64,000 bases of DNA. Source: Antedon mediterranea (Eukaryota > Animalia > Echinodermata). Under the pieces are notes generated by a model, which was not told where the DNA came from, searched no databases, and saw only the letters and a program-made list of their open reading frames with translations. The stretch covers positions 31,372,001-31,436,000 of the forward strand of contig NC_092674.1 of the NCBI RefSeq assembly GCF_964355755.1, given 5' to 3'. Position numbers and translations under genes: made by a program. Shown here in pieces: positions 25,057 through 39,325 of the stretch (the stretch's first letter is position 1; each line of letters starts with the position of its first letter).

Positions 25057-26924
25057 GAGTCATTTTCATTAAATCTTTATGTTTCGAACTATGTAATATT
25101 GTAATGAGTTTCATTAAAATGCGTTTTAAGCGACATTTATCACCATTTATACTGCCAGATGACCGAGAAAATACGTTGGTATTACACTAACATATCTGAT
25201 TTATGTTCGCCTTAATAGAATAAACGGAATCACCAGTAACAATCTCTCGGGGCCTTATGTTTATGTGCAGTGGTCGGGGTTAAGTTAGGCTGGGGTAGAA
25301 ATAAGACCATTTATGTACATATCTACCGCCGAGTAGGCTTCAATGTGCTATCCCTTGGGCAAAATTTCATAAATCTAGGCTTAGCTAAAAGCACAAATAT
25401 AGTGCAGTAAAAGTGCAAGTTTGCAGTCGTAACATTTTTATACAAAGTTATTTCACCCTAAAGTGTCATTACATTAGTTACAGTGCAAGACATTCGAAGT
25501 TTTTGAAAAAGCGTTAGGCGGAGTTTTCGATTTCTCTCTTTAAAATAGGGCCTAATGACATAGGAATGAACAAAGTATCGATTATATTGTTTGAATATGA
25601 ATATGTTTAGCTACTATTAATTCACTTATAATTGTAATACGTTACGTTAATTAGTTACATTTTTTATTAACTTCGGTATAGAATTGTTACGATAAATATA
25701 GTAGGTCTAGGTGAAAAAGTGAGAATGAGTTAACTAGAGACGGGAAAGTCTTTGGTGGTGGGATAGGCCTCCTACGAGGGGCCATTACTGCTAATAGCTA
25801 CCAAAGTACACAGTTCAGTCAGGGTCATAAAGCGTTGGAAAGGTCTGGGAAAAACTGAAATACAGTTTGATAATTTGTGGGTGATTATGGTTATTTACGA
25901 AATTTTAAACATAACCGAACAGCAAAGTTTATAATCCATTTATACTCGTTCCCTAGTGGCCTAACCTATAAAACTAAATATTACCGAACGAGACGTTCTG
26001 AATGCTATGCTTGTGTATTACCTGCCGTAATATTACAATTGCTGGATTTAAACTTTTTGTTTGTAATTTACGAGAGTCCTTGTTAAGTAGATTACAAAAT
26101 AAAAACATTTAAATGTGAATGACCGGCATCACAATTTCGGACAAATTTATTCTCCTCTGGTTTTCAAAGAAAAATATTTTTTTAAAGAGAAATGCAAATT
26201 TAATTTTTTAAGGTTACCCTACATTTTGTTCTATTTTGTTAATTTAATGCCAAAATATCAATAGAACAAAAGTGTAATTCAATGCTGATATTATGATGTC
26301 ACCAGATAACAAAACACTAATTTTATTTTATCTTGGGCTTTGTTTTCAGCAATAGTACAGTGTAGGAGGCCTATATGGATATGAACTATTAAAAACAAAT
26401 TTCAATAGGATATCATAATGCATAAAGTCCATTATTCTATACAGCAGGTTTAGTAAAGGTTGAGTTCAAAAACAATTGTTAGTACATGTGTTAATTCTAG
26501 TTACTTAAATTACGAGAATGCCAAGCTTCAGGCAAAAGTTACTTTCAAAATCGTTAACGGAAGACTTTCAAAAAGTCCCGGATGTCATGACACCTTATAA
26601 CACGCCTTCTAATAACAATACACTTTGTTAACAACAGGCAATATTCTATTTTATAACTAACAAATGATTGATGCGTCTTCCTGAACATTATTCAACGTTT
26701 ACGTAAAAAATAAGGGGATGGCGAATTACGGTCAAGACCTGAAAACCCAATTTACCGCTCGAGTTTAAAAACAGTAATTAGGTTCACAACAATGCCACGG
26801 TAAAATCAATAATAACACCTGTCACGTGATACGAAAATCAATATAAAAAGGTTCTCTACAAAATAACTAAAGGTTATTATATATTTAGGCATACAATAGA
26901 CGAATAAGATAAATAACATGCTAA

Positions 26925-27031
26925 AATCTATGTGTACACTATCATACTTTATGTGACAAAACATGTGAGGTAGCCATATATAGACATGATGATGTCATAC
27001 CACTACCTTATTTGGATACATCAAAGAGCTT
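26925..27031. mobile_element. MITE family B degenerate copy
   Basis: TACACTATCATACTTTATGTGACAAAA...GACATGATGATGTCATACCACTACC. Confidence 0.55.
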
Positions 27032-28940
27032 TAGAACATGAATAAGGAAACGACCTATGACATGGTTTAAAACATGTCGGAACATAGGTGAAATAGCACG
27101 CCATCTATCTTTTAAAACCTTTTTTTATGTAAAACTACAGTATTATCAAATTATTGATTACGGTTTGTGTTCATTTATTCTTTCAAATCTGTGTTCATCT
27201 TTTACTTATATTATGTTAAATTAACGTACCAAAATAAATCTTGTAGAGAAAGTGTAAATTGATGTTTTTATCACGCCTTCTATCACATTAATGTAAATCA
27301 GGACGAATTTGATGATATGTCTTCATCATCATGAGTTATGAAGTTGTAAGTAATAATATAACGTTATGATTAGACTACACTGTGAGATCACCATTAAGTG
27401 TTTCCATTTAACAAACAGGTGTGTTAGATAAGGTCAATTCAGGTCTTAATTGTGCAGATGATACTACAACAGATGGATAAGGCCTAACTAATTCCACGGC
27501 GATATATAATGTACAACAGCACTTAATTTTCACGTTCGGCTCACTACACGTGTAGGTATTGCTTTATAGTGATCGGTTAACTAACGCTTTCAAGTGGTTG
27601 TTTAAATTCGTTCGTAGAATTTCGTTGAGTTAATTGTAACAACTGATCCATGTAATTATCAGCTTTCATAAGAATATGACGATGAATTAATATTAATTGA
27701 AAGCGATATTAACATTAAAGCAGGGTATAAACATCGGCACAAAAATAGTTATTGAAATGAAACGAATTAGGAATTAGAAAAATAGAAAAATTTGAATTTG
27801 AAGATTTCCGTAAAATAGTTTTGTAAACACATATCGGCCAAAAAGTAATCTTACATAACGTCTATATTATCTTATTATTAACCCTAACGAGTTATTGGCA
27901 ATGACAATTATGGGTTTATGAACAATCTATGTTGTTACTATGTAAAGGTGTTCAATACAATCGGTGGGTTTCAGTAGGCAAATTTACTACTGAATATTTA
28001 GCTGAGTACCTCTGCTTAGATGCGTGTGACATTTTCACTTGTTTTCCGTTCATATTCTAATATTTACAGAAATTGTATTTTTAAATCTATATATTATTTA
28101 ATTGACATTTTCAGTAAAAATCAATAGAACTCCTCTCAAATGCATTTAATATTGCAAAGTAATTAAAAGATCCGAGAAATACAAACGAAATCTTTGAAAT
28201 CAAAACAAGCAAAGCTTTCGGCATTTTGCACTATATCCACATATCATGTTGCGCCTTGGCCACTGCACAACAGCGGGTCTCTAATCAAGTTTATGTCGAG
28301 GCTAGTCCGACATTCTTTTTATGTCAGGATGAATTTGTTGCTTACAACTCCCCTTGATAATTTTCTAGCTTTCCAATTAGTTTGTTAACCGGGCTTGACG
28401 TTCTGTAAGCTCAGTACATTTTGTTTCCCAGTGGGTAGCCAAGATCTAAACCGATATGGACGCCGAGGTTCCAAGTTCTTCGTTAACTCTTTCACCTCAA
28501 GGCAGCAGAATTCAAAGAGCGCCATTCGCGGTGCTTTTGGAAAGTACATTGAACTTTCTCTAAGTCATTCTATCCGGAATACCTTCTCGGCGGACATGTT
28601 GGAGACTCTTCCATTATTCACTTAACACTAGTTCTTAGCATATTTGCCAACAAAACTGTCTACCACATGAGGAACAGCGAGTAATATATTTAGACATAGT
28701 TACAAATCACGTTAATAATTACAAAATATACAAGGGCATCGTAGCCCCACAGCAGGGATGGAAAAAACCAATGGTAAACGAAATGGTTAGTTCTTGCTAA
28801 ATGTGTATTATGTTAATACTTCTGATAACGTCAATGTATTATATTATGCAACCACTTTTATTGAATTAATATTCTGTTAACTTAGTAATGATATCTTTAT
28901 TTCCGACTAAATGAAAGCTTGGTCCGCCATACCCAAGAAA

Positions 28941-29060
28941 AGCTTGGTTCCCACTTGGACGCAACGCAATTTAGCCAATTACAACGCGATAGATCATCCG
29001 AACTGTCGCTTGTAAACTCACTTTTGGGTTGCTGCGTTTCGTCCAAGTGGAAACCAAGCT
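28941..29060. mobile_element. MITE family A (Harbinger/Tourist-like)
   Basis: TIRs AGCTTGGTTCCCACTTGGACG...CGTCCAAGTGGAAACCAAGCT; related copies at about 21190-21256, 22238-22380 and 35553-35731 share GACGCAACGCAA and ATTGGTCA motifs. Confidence 0.7.
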
Positions 29061-31890
29061 TTTATTTAAAGATTACATGACAGACTATCGATGTAGGCTT
29101 TTTTAAGCAATTAGCCTAATATTATTTACCGATAAAAAAAAACCCAAAAGTTTGAGGCGGGATTCATAGTTCAAAAAGGTACATAAGGTTCCGGCAAATC
29201 GGTTCAATAAACTGAGATCTTTCGTTGTGACTATTTCCATATGATATTCACTGACAGGTGTAATATCTTCATATCAACATTGATTTTTGTTCTTCTTTCA
29301 ATACTCAATGAAAGCTATAGAAAAGTAAGCAGCTGTTTAATTTCAAGTTTTGAAGTAATTTTAACCAGATACTATTTATGAAAAGAATAAATGAAATTTG
29401 TACAAGTCACATATGTCAATGATATTAATAAGACTATTATGTTAAACTTGATTTCACATTATTGTTAGAGAATTGTAATCACATAAGTTCAATAGGCCTA
29501 AAGTGACGTTTCAGTGACCAAGGACAGTTTACAGAATTAAATAAGAATATGGTACTGGTAAGTATAATAATTGTACAGGAAAACTAATGATATAACAACT
29601 GGAGATATTGGTTCTTTCAATCAGCATATCTTTAAAGCTCGCCGCGCAAACAATGACACGCGTAGATTATTCTAGCCAATCACATAACGAGAAACTTTTG
29701 TGGGATATTGATTATACAATAGAAAGATGAAACGCAAAATACTTTTCCAAATTGATCCAAATTGTCTGGAGCGTATGATCTGTAAATGAATTCGGATATA
29801 AATTCTCACATATCAATTGGATACATTTCTGCGTATAAGCATTCGCATATTTCCTACACGTACTTCGGCATCTTTCAAAGGAAATCTACTACTCCATCAA
29901 GCATGAGTTATTGAGAACAAATCCAGGATAATTAAGCTTTTCACCAGTATGCATTAAATACAAAATAGCAACTTAAATCACCTCGCAGCGCTAAATTCGT
30001 TAAATAAATCTGATTATTAGTTATTATGAGACATCAATATATATTTTAAACCCAGATGAAAAGATCATTCGACTCGTGCCTTCGCTAGCCAGTTGTAGTC
30101 TTTAAATCGTAGCCTACAGCCTAATAATAATGAGTACAAACTTAAATACAACATTTGAATACCACAATACTAAGTTGCATATTTAGCGAGAGAAAGCAAT
30201 CTCATTCGACGTTGTAACACCTAAGGCGAGAATTACTATAAGCGAACTAGGAGCTAAGTTACCACTATTTACCTACCGTATACAATACATGTTAGCGGTA
30301 TAGCTTTGATGTTTAATTGTTAATTGTTTAATTTTGGGGTCAAAATCATAGCTCACTTGGTAATTATCGAAGCATAATGTTAAAGAATAAAGTTGCAAAA
30401 CCTCAAGTAAACAATTAGGTTTGTAACTGAATCGAAATAATTATCAAAGTGGTGTAATATACTTGATAATATTAACCGATATTATCCTTTGTACATTTTC
30501 TATTGTCATTACCTAATACTGAGTACGATTGGACCAAATCGGAAACATGTTCCAACTTTTTAAGAATAAGAGGTAGGCCTACCGTATTTATTTACACGAG
30601 TTCAAATGAATGTTTTTACTAAAGAGTTTCTTTAATGAAAATATTTATGAAAAGTCTAAATTTTATATTTACTAAATTTGTTATGATTATTTTACAACAC
30701 GCGACGTGTGGACAAGAGTAAAACTAGGCCAAGTCAAGCGAGTCCTAACTTTAGACACGGCAGTCGTTTGTCACTACTCTCTGTCCACTTCCGCTATCTG
30801 TCAGTACCTCCCATATGCACTTGTCAGCAGGCGTCTGGTTACGCAATTGACCACTTATCCAGCTTGTTTGGTCAATGAGTCTACCGAATGAAATTGAACT
30901 TATTTCGTCGCATGTCCATCTGTATCATATTTTTGTTTGTGTAAATCACTAAATCAATAAAATGACGGGTTTGGCGTAAAACTTCATGTAAATTGTTCAG
31001 AACTAAATGTTTTATATTCGTTGGAGTGTGAACACGTTGCTGTCCAAACAGGAAGGGAAATAAATTGGTGTAATTCGATTTGATGTTACACTCTCGTAAC
31101 CCAATTGCATATCCGCCAATTACAAGCAATCAAATAGGCATTAACTGACCAAAAATCTAGTAACACTACTGCAGACGCAATTATTAATTATATTATATTA
31201 ATTTTCAACTTGATTGTGTTAAATAATACTGTAAGTGTATATATACAGTAGTTTCAATGGATAGGGAGCAATCGAACTCGAAATGGTACTGAAGTTAAAA
31301 ACTATATGTAGGCCTATAAGCAGTGCAGTGCATTATTTATGTACTGTTTTATTTAGGACCAATATTAACTTCGATGACTCATATCTATTTTAAATAATAA
31401 ACAGAAAAACATCAAATAAATCATTAGAAAAAACTACCAAACCACAAAAACGACTACAATACAACAGTGATACATAGTGCTTGACCTAATTGCATTCGGC
31501 TGGAACCGACAACCCTAGTGTGTACTTTTGCCAAATCCCAAAGCAGTGTCGCCACCGATCACCAACGGCTTGTAAAAGTAGGACGAAGTCACACAAGAAC
31601 CAAGCAATTGATTCTGTGTGACGTTAATTGCCAAAACCATCAACATTCTTGTAGTATCTGCCCAGTGTCACGGATCACGACAAGATATCAAACAACCACT
31701 ACCACTACCCGTCATTTAAACGCACCAAGAAAGCAAGACGATCGTTCAAGTGCCTTTTACGAAAAAAATATATGAATATCGTGATTTTGTTATATAAATG
31801 ATAAATATATTATAGAGGTTAGAACATTAGTCTTAAAGAACCACAATGGACCTATTGCCCACCATTACTCAAACCAATAAAACTGTACAA

Positions 31891-34472
31891 CGAATGGAGG
31901 ATAATAGGCCTATACACCATCTTAGATGATAAGTACCCACGAAAGGGTATCGAATGGAGGATAATAGGCCTATACACCATCTTAGATAAGTACCCACGAA
32001 AGGGTATCGAATGGAGGATAATAGGCCTATACACCATCTTAGATAAGTACCCACGAAAGGGTATCGAATGGAGGATAATAGGCCTATACACCATCTTAGA
32101 TAAGTACCCACGAAAGGGTATCGAATGGAGGATAATAGGCCTATACACCATCTTAGATAAGTACCCACGAAAGGGTATCGAATGGAGGATAATAGGCCTA
32201 TACACCATCTTAGATAATAAGTACCCACGAAAGGGTATCGAATGGAGGATAATAGGCCTATACACCATCTTAGATGATAAGTACCCACGAAAGGGTATCG
32301 AATGGAGGATAATAGGCCTATACACCATCTTAGATGATAAGTACCCACGAAAGGGTATCGAATGGAGGATAGTAGGCCTATACACCATCTTAGATAAGTA
32401 CCCACGAAAGGGTATCGAATGGAGGATAGTAGGCCTATACACCATCTTAGATGATAAGTACCCACGAAAGGGTATCGAATGGAGGATAATAGGCCTATAC
32501 ACCATCTTAGATAAGTACCCACGAAAGGGTATCGAATGGAGGATAGTAGGCCTATACACCATCTTAGATGATAAGTACCCACGAAAGGGTATCGAATGGA
32601 GGATAATAGGCCTATACACCATCTTAGATGATAAGTACCCACGAAAGGGTATCGAATGGAGGATAATAGGCCTATACCCCATCTTAGATAAGTACCCACG
32701 AAAGGGTATCGAATGGAGGATAATAGGCCTATACACCATCTTAGATAAGTACCCACGAAAGGGTATCGAATGGAGGATAATAGGCCTATACACCATCTTG
32801 GATGATAAGTACCCACGAAAGGGTATCGAATGGAGGATAGTAGGCCTATACACCATCTTAGATGATAAGTACCCACGAAAGGGTATCGAATGGAGGATAA
32901 TAGGCCTATACACCATCTTAGATAAGTACCCACGAAAGGGTATCGAATGGAGGATAGTAGGCCTATACACCATCTTAGATGATAAGTACCCACGAAAGGG
33001 TATCGAATGGAGGATAATAGGCCTATACACCATCTTAGATAAGTACCCACGAAAGGGTATCGAATGGAGGATAGTAGGCCTATACACCATCTTAGATGAT
33101 AAGTACCCACGAAAGGGTATCGAATGGAGGATAATAGGCCTATACACCATCTTAGATAAGTACCCACGAAAGGGTATCGAATGGAGGATAATAGGCCTAT
33201 ACACCATCTTGGATGATAAGTACCCACGAAAGGGTATCGAATGGAGGATAGTAGGCCTATACACCATCTTAGATGATAAGTACCCACGAAAGGGTATCGA
33301 ATGGAGGATAATAGGCCTATACACCATCTTAGATAAGTACCCACGAAAGGGTATCGAATGGAGGATAATAGGCCTATACACCATCTTAGATAAGTACCCA
33401 CGAAAGGGTATCGAATGGAGGATAGTAGGCCTATACACCATCTTAGATGATAAGTACCCACGAAAGGGTATCGAATGGAGGATAATAGGCCTATACACCA
33501 TCTTAGATAAGTACCCACGAAAGGGTATCGAATGGAGGATAGTAGGCCTATACACCATCTTAGATGATAAGTACCCACGAAAGGGTATCGAATGGCGGAT
33601 AATAGGCCTATACACCATCTTAGATGATAAGTACCCACGAAAGGGTATCGAATGGAGGATAATAGGCCTATACACCATCTTAGATAAGTACCCACGAAAG
33701 GGTATCGAATGGAGGATAGTAGGCCTATACACCATCTTAGATAAGTACCCACGAAAGGGTATCGAATGGAGGATAATAGGCCTATACACCATCTTGGATG
33801 ATAAGTACCCACGAAAGGGTATCGAATGGAGGATAGTAGGCCTATACACCATCTTGGATGATAAGTACCCACGAAAGGGTATCGAATGGCGGATAATAGG
33901 CCTATACACCATCTTAGATAAGTACCCACGAAAGGGTATCGAATGGAGGATAATAGGCCTATACACCATCTTAGATAAGTACCCACGAAAGGGTATCGAA
34001 TGGCGGATAATAGGCCTATACACCATCTTAGATAAGTACCCACGAAAGGGTATCGAATGGCGGATAATAGGCCTATACACCATCTTAGATGATAAGTACC
34101 CACGAAAGGGTATCGAATGGAGGATAATAAGCCTATACACCATCTTAGATGATAAGTACCCACGAAAGGGTATCGAATGGAGGATAATAAGCCTATACAC
34201 CATCTTAGATGATAAGTACCCACGAAAGGGTATCGAATGGAGGATAATAGGCCTATACACCATCTTAGATAAGTACCCACGAAAGGGTATCGAATGGCGG
34301 ATAATAGGCCTATACACCATCTTAGATGATAAGTACCCACGAAAGGGTATCGAATGGAGGATAATAAGCCTATACACCATCTTAGATGATAAGTACCCAC
34401 GAAAGGGTATCGAATGGAGGATAATAGGCCTATACACCATCTTAGATGATAAGTACCCACGAAAGGGTATCG
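31891..34472. repeat. 57/60-bp minisatellite, about 44 copies
   Basis: Unit CGAATGGAGGATAATAGGCCTATACACCATCTTAGAT(GAT)AAGTACCCACGAAAGGGTAT; source of the three long repetitive ORFs. Confidence 0.97.
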
Positions 34473-35552
34473 CATAGAAAATCATATATGCACAGATACA
34501 ACTTGTTGATGATCTCTAAGGAATAAACTAACATGAACATAGAACACAATTAAATCTGAATTTCACTTTAATAAAGTTATTTTTAGATAGGGTTTATGAC
34601 GAAAAGTAAAAATACGGAACATCCCGTAATATTTCACAACCACCTCAATTTGTTACTTAAAACATAAAATATTATTACACGATTCATCACGTCAGTTCTG
34701 GCGTTTAGTTTATCAAGTTTTCCCAACGGATGCAATGTACCCGTCATACTACTCACTTGCTCCCATTTCCGAGTGAGTTACGACCACTCATTAACTCCCT
34801 GAACAAACTTTGCAGGCATTCGCCAATTTATCAAAATAATTATTCAACCTGTCCGTTTTCACTACCGGCACAGGTAGTACCTTGGGACCAATTGGACGGC
34901 TGGGATCAGACTCTGCGACTGTATCATATCAAAAGATATGGTCCCCACTTGGCCTAGCTGGTTTCTTTTTTATATAAAACACAAAACCACACAACACCAA
35001 ATCAATTTCGACAAGTAATCAGTAAATGAAGAAGTTAGGTTGAAGGTTTTTTCCTCTTGAATCAAATTAAATAGATTTGACACATGTAGGCCGATGACCA
35101 GCCTATGTCGGTAGCTAACGATGACAGCTTCCCCCTTATACCTCAGGGGGATATTGATGTACTCTAGCCCTACACCAGATATTCATTTACAACCCAAATG
35201 TTTTGACAATAATTCACTTGAATTAGTATGAGAAATATAAATTATGAATACAGTGTACAAGTACACAACAAACAGGGTTAGCAGAATGTTTCGTACATAA
35301 AGAAATCCACGAACAGCAGTGAATATGCATACAAGTATGGCCGTAAATTGCATATTGTTTTGTTACCTGGCCTAAAATGCTGTACTAGAATAAAAAAACG
35401 GGTTTGTTGAAGATGTAGGTTCTAGAACGGTGGACGTTAAATGTAATGAATAAACGTACATTCGAATCGATCGTATTGGCTATACAGAGCCATATAGATA
35501 TACGGTAGAGGTTATTCAAGTTTCTAGGGAAAAGACATTATACAGATTGGTA

Positions 35553-35731
35553 AAGACTGGTTACCAATAGAGACGCAACGCAAAGACGTAGACGCAACGC
35601 AAGCGAGTTGACCAATGGCAAGCGACAGTTCGAATATTCATCGCTTGATTGGTCCAGGGAAGAGCGAATCTTCCCTGATTGGTCATATAACTTATCTTGC
35701 GCTTGCGTTGCGTCTGTGGGGAACCAAGTAT
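35553..35731. mobile_element. MITE family A copy
   Basis: GACGCAACGCAA / TTGCGTTGCGTC inverted ends and a GGGAACCAAG terminus. Confidence 0.65.
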
Positions 35732-38654
35732 AAGTGTTCTAGAGCAGGAAAGATAGAATCATCCACTCTTCCCTGGTTCTAGACATACTTTTGGAGAATA
35801 AACAATAACATGTAGACTTTTTTTCGAGTGTTCTTAGTTTTATTCCTTGATATCTTTGGATTAGAGAGTTAGGTCAACATCGTACACCGTTGAGGGCAGT
35901 GTGTATTTCGGACTACCATGGGATCCCGTTAATTGATAGATATGGAAATGTTGTATAGATGTTCTTACTACTTCAGGGTGACATAAACGGAAATCAAAGT
36001 AGATAGCCTGCCTAGTGTGTATCATGCATGTCTGCTGGGTTCACAGTCCAGTGACCTTATGCGCTACTATTCGGGTATTAACATAGTTTGAAGCGTGAAC
36101 GAGATTAAATAAGCCTACACTAATTATCTAGAATACTTCTGACAAAGTAATTTGTATGGATGCCAGAAGAAATGTTTTATCACACGATTTTGAAAGTAAT
36201 ATTTTATTATAGACTTATAATATGTTGATATTATAGTAGAAAATTATAAACAGTTATAGAAGGTCTTACATTGCTGTTAAACGTTAAAATGGTTTACATA
36301 AAAACCATGGTAACAACGTATTTACGCGGTCGTTTGCAGACTATTTCAGTTTTGAAATTAGTTCCAATTCATACATGTGTTATTTATACTGAACGGTATT
36401 TAGGAACATATGGTGCAATGTATGACCGTTGCTTTCGTGGATCATCCTTTTGACGCGCGCGCATCATTTTTATCATTATTCCAACGCGCCTTGTCTTTTT
36501 TGGTATCACTGACAATTTTACCACAGAAATAAATTGGTGTTATTCTATGAATTAACTTGCAGACAAACATTGAGGTAAAAGTTAATAAAGCGTGTTATCT
36601 ATCCGTTGCTAAAGTGTTGGAACAAATCGAATTAATGAACCACTAACGATGTTCTTAACGTATAAGTGGATACTTAACCACCAATTTACGACAACTACTG
36701 GCTATTCTCCGTCAACCCTTTGAAAATACACGGAGTATATATCAATTAGGCACAACAGTAAATCAATGTTTAAATAATACAGGGATTTTGCTGTATGAAT
36801 GTATTCTTTATATAAACTTGGCTAGTTTAGTAAAGAGAGATGACACAACCCAGTCCCGGGACTAAATTAATGTTTTCCTTGAGAACGCCAGGTCTGGCGC
36901 GTCGAGAACGGGCTGTGTCTCAGCATACATGGAAACTAATGAAAACTTCCTAGCACCACGACTACTCGCAAATCAGCCGAGTCAAATATGAATTCAAGCG
37001 TAACAGTAGGCATGTCATCGATGTTGCGACTTTAGACATCTCGACTCCGAGATGCATTCAAATGGAAAATGCTAATGCGTTCTTCCTTATTGGTATTATC
37101 ATCATTGTAGGCCTATGTAGCAAGGTGACGGATTCAATCACTAGGTTGCACTCTCTCTCTCTAGCCCCTCGGTCATGGATGTCCCGTTGCCGGATCCTTC
37201 GCCCAAAAAGACTCCAGCTTTTATTCAGGCGCCAAATGTCTAATGACAAACAAACCCTTTTAATTGTCGCAACAATCAAGAAATGTTATGCTTGTCACGT
37301 GGTATTTCAAATCTCAATTTATTAGTCATTTGTAATGACTCATTTACATATATTTACATATATTTACATAAGTCTAAAAGGTGTCTAGTAAAGGTCAAGT
37401 GCATTGAGTAGTTTATTTAAAATGTTTTGTTAATAACTGATTTCTGGTCTTTGTGTTTATATTTTAAACCGACGAAATGTAATACATTATGTTTATAAAC
37501 ATTTATGTTTGTTCATTTAAACAAATCGATTTTAAGTGAAACAACATCATGCGGCTATTGAATATTGTTAAACGCGCGCCGTGATGGCGAGTTGAGCAAA
37601 CTCGGGCAACATAACGAAATAAAATCTATAATTGTAATTAATTGCAAGTTACAATTAATAGTTAATAAAATGATTTAAACGTTTAATGCGTTCATTTATC
37701 ATTATCAGCATTTATGTCGCTATTTGAGGAATCTTATGCATAATCCATCGATAACAAAAGCTGACGGTATTCAATAGAATGCCTCATTTACCTTTGTGTC
37801 GGAATAATTACATTTAAAATGACTCTAAACTAAATCAAAAGTGATTATCAGCAAAGAAATGTACCGTGCATTAATATAAACCGAAGTTTTACAATGATAA
37901 GTGATTTTCAACAACAATGGAAATAACGTTTTAACATCAGTCTATATTTAAGAAGTATATATCTATGCATAATGTAGACCTATTGCTTAAAACCGACGAC
38001 ATCATATTCATGTTACTCTTCACATATTCTCGGTAACATAATGATTCCATATAATGTTTAATGTTCAAATTTGTAATAGGCTACACATGTAAGGCATATT
38101 GCTAAAACGGACGAATTTAGATTCATACTTTTCACGAATTCTCGGTAACATTTTTATTCCATAACTTAATGTTCAATGTTTTGATATAAATGAAATTTGA
38201 TGTAAGATCCCTTTCTCTGCAATATTATTAAAATGTGCAAGGCATGGATTAATGAATGAGTATTACAACATAGGCCTATTTAATGTCCATTTGGAAGTTA
38301 CAGAATATGACTAAAATTATGTTACGTGAACTTTATTCTAAGTTCGAAATCTTAATTCGTGAAGTGGCCAGAATTAATCACGTTTGGGTTGACATTATGC
38401 CATTGACTCACAAGTAATTTAACAAGGGGATGAATAAAGTCAACACTTGTATCATATGCCAAAGCGACTGCTACGAACAACGCTAGCCTATTGCTAAATT
38501 GGATTATAATGTAGTCGTAAAGTGTTGGGAGAAGAATCCGATGTTTATACTCGAGCTTATTAGCGATGGAAAGTCTCAAATTAATTGCATCAATTGATGC
38601 TGAAGTAACTCTTAAGTTTTCCCACAGCGGAGGACGCCCACTAATGAATTACGT

Positions 38655-38880
38655 ATTAATGATGTTCACTAAGAACACTCCAAGAGTTAATAGATTTAAT
38701 TCGCTGAAAATCTGATTAAGTATTTGGTACAAATAGTAACAGTTCGTTGACAACAAAATTAACAAACACATTAATTTCTAAGATAAACTAAATTATGTAT
38801 CGATGATGTTCACTAAGAACGGAAAAAAGTTTAACATGTTTAATCATTCCAAATCTGATTAAGCATTTGGTACAAAAGTT
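38655..38880. repeat. Diverged direct duplication with about 144-bp period
   Basis: GATGTTCACTAAGAAC...ATCTGATTAAG.ATTTGGTACAAA occurs at about 38661 and 38805. Confidence 0.6.
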
Positions 38881-39059
38881 CAAATCAACTGAATTCTATG
38901 GTGGTGTTATAAGAACGGTTAAATACTAAAGTGATATTCTTCCACTTATCTAAAAGTGTCACGCCCAACAAATAATACTGTTATTATATTTAGACTCCTT
39001 AATATACAAAACCAAAACGAGTCCACTAATAAAAATGATAGAAAATAAAAAGAAAAAAG

Positions 39060-39325
39060 AAACAGAAGGAAATCGATGGAAATATTGTGAAATATTGTGT
39101 ACATCCACCATTTGTATTCGCTGAAGGATGTATTATCTGGGTATACTTGTCTAACAATGTCCACCTCTTGACAAAAGTCACCATGAAAGTTTTGTAGGCT
39201 TTTTCTTTCTGAAATTATCTTTCTTAACATGCCCTGGGTTGAGCAGGCTGTCAGATTTCCCGAATCTTTTTCCACCTTTGAAATCTCTCCAACAGTTTTA
39301 TAATACAACACGGGCACTCCTGTAC
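39060..39325 (-). pseudogene. Decayed DNA-transposase-like fragment (MULE/NOF-like, tentative)
   Basis: GNLTACSTQGMLRKIISE...FHGDFCQE, then after a frameshift GGCTQYFTIFP; resembles the GYIQ...PF segment of MULE/NOF-like transposases; recalled similarity only. Confidence 0.35.

Noticed and set aside
31891-34472. CRISPR array, or tandem hammerhead array (GATGA...hairpin...CGAA)
   Set aside because: No unique spacers and an animal context; the core reads UAGAUGA and CGAAU instead of CUGANGA and GAAA, with no closing stems
31852-34485. 877-, 868- and 559-aa ORFs as genes
   Set aside because: They are translations of a 57/60-bp tandem repeat in several frames, with no unique domain
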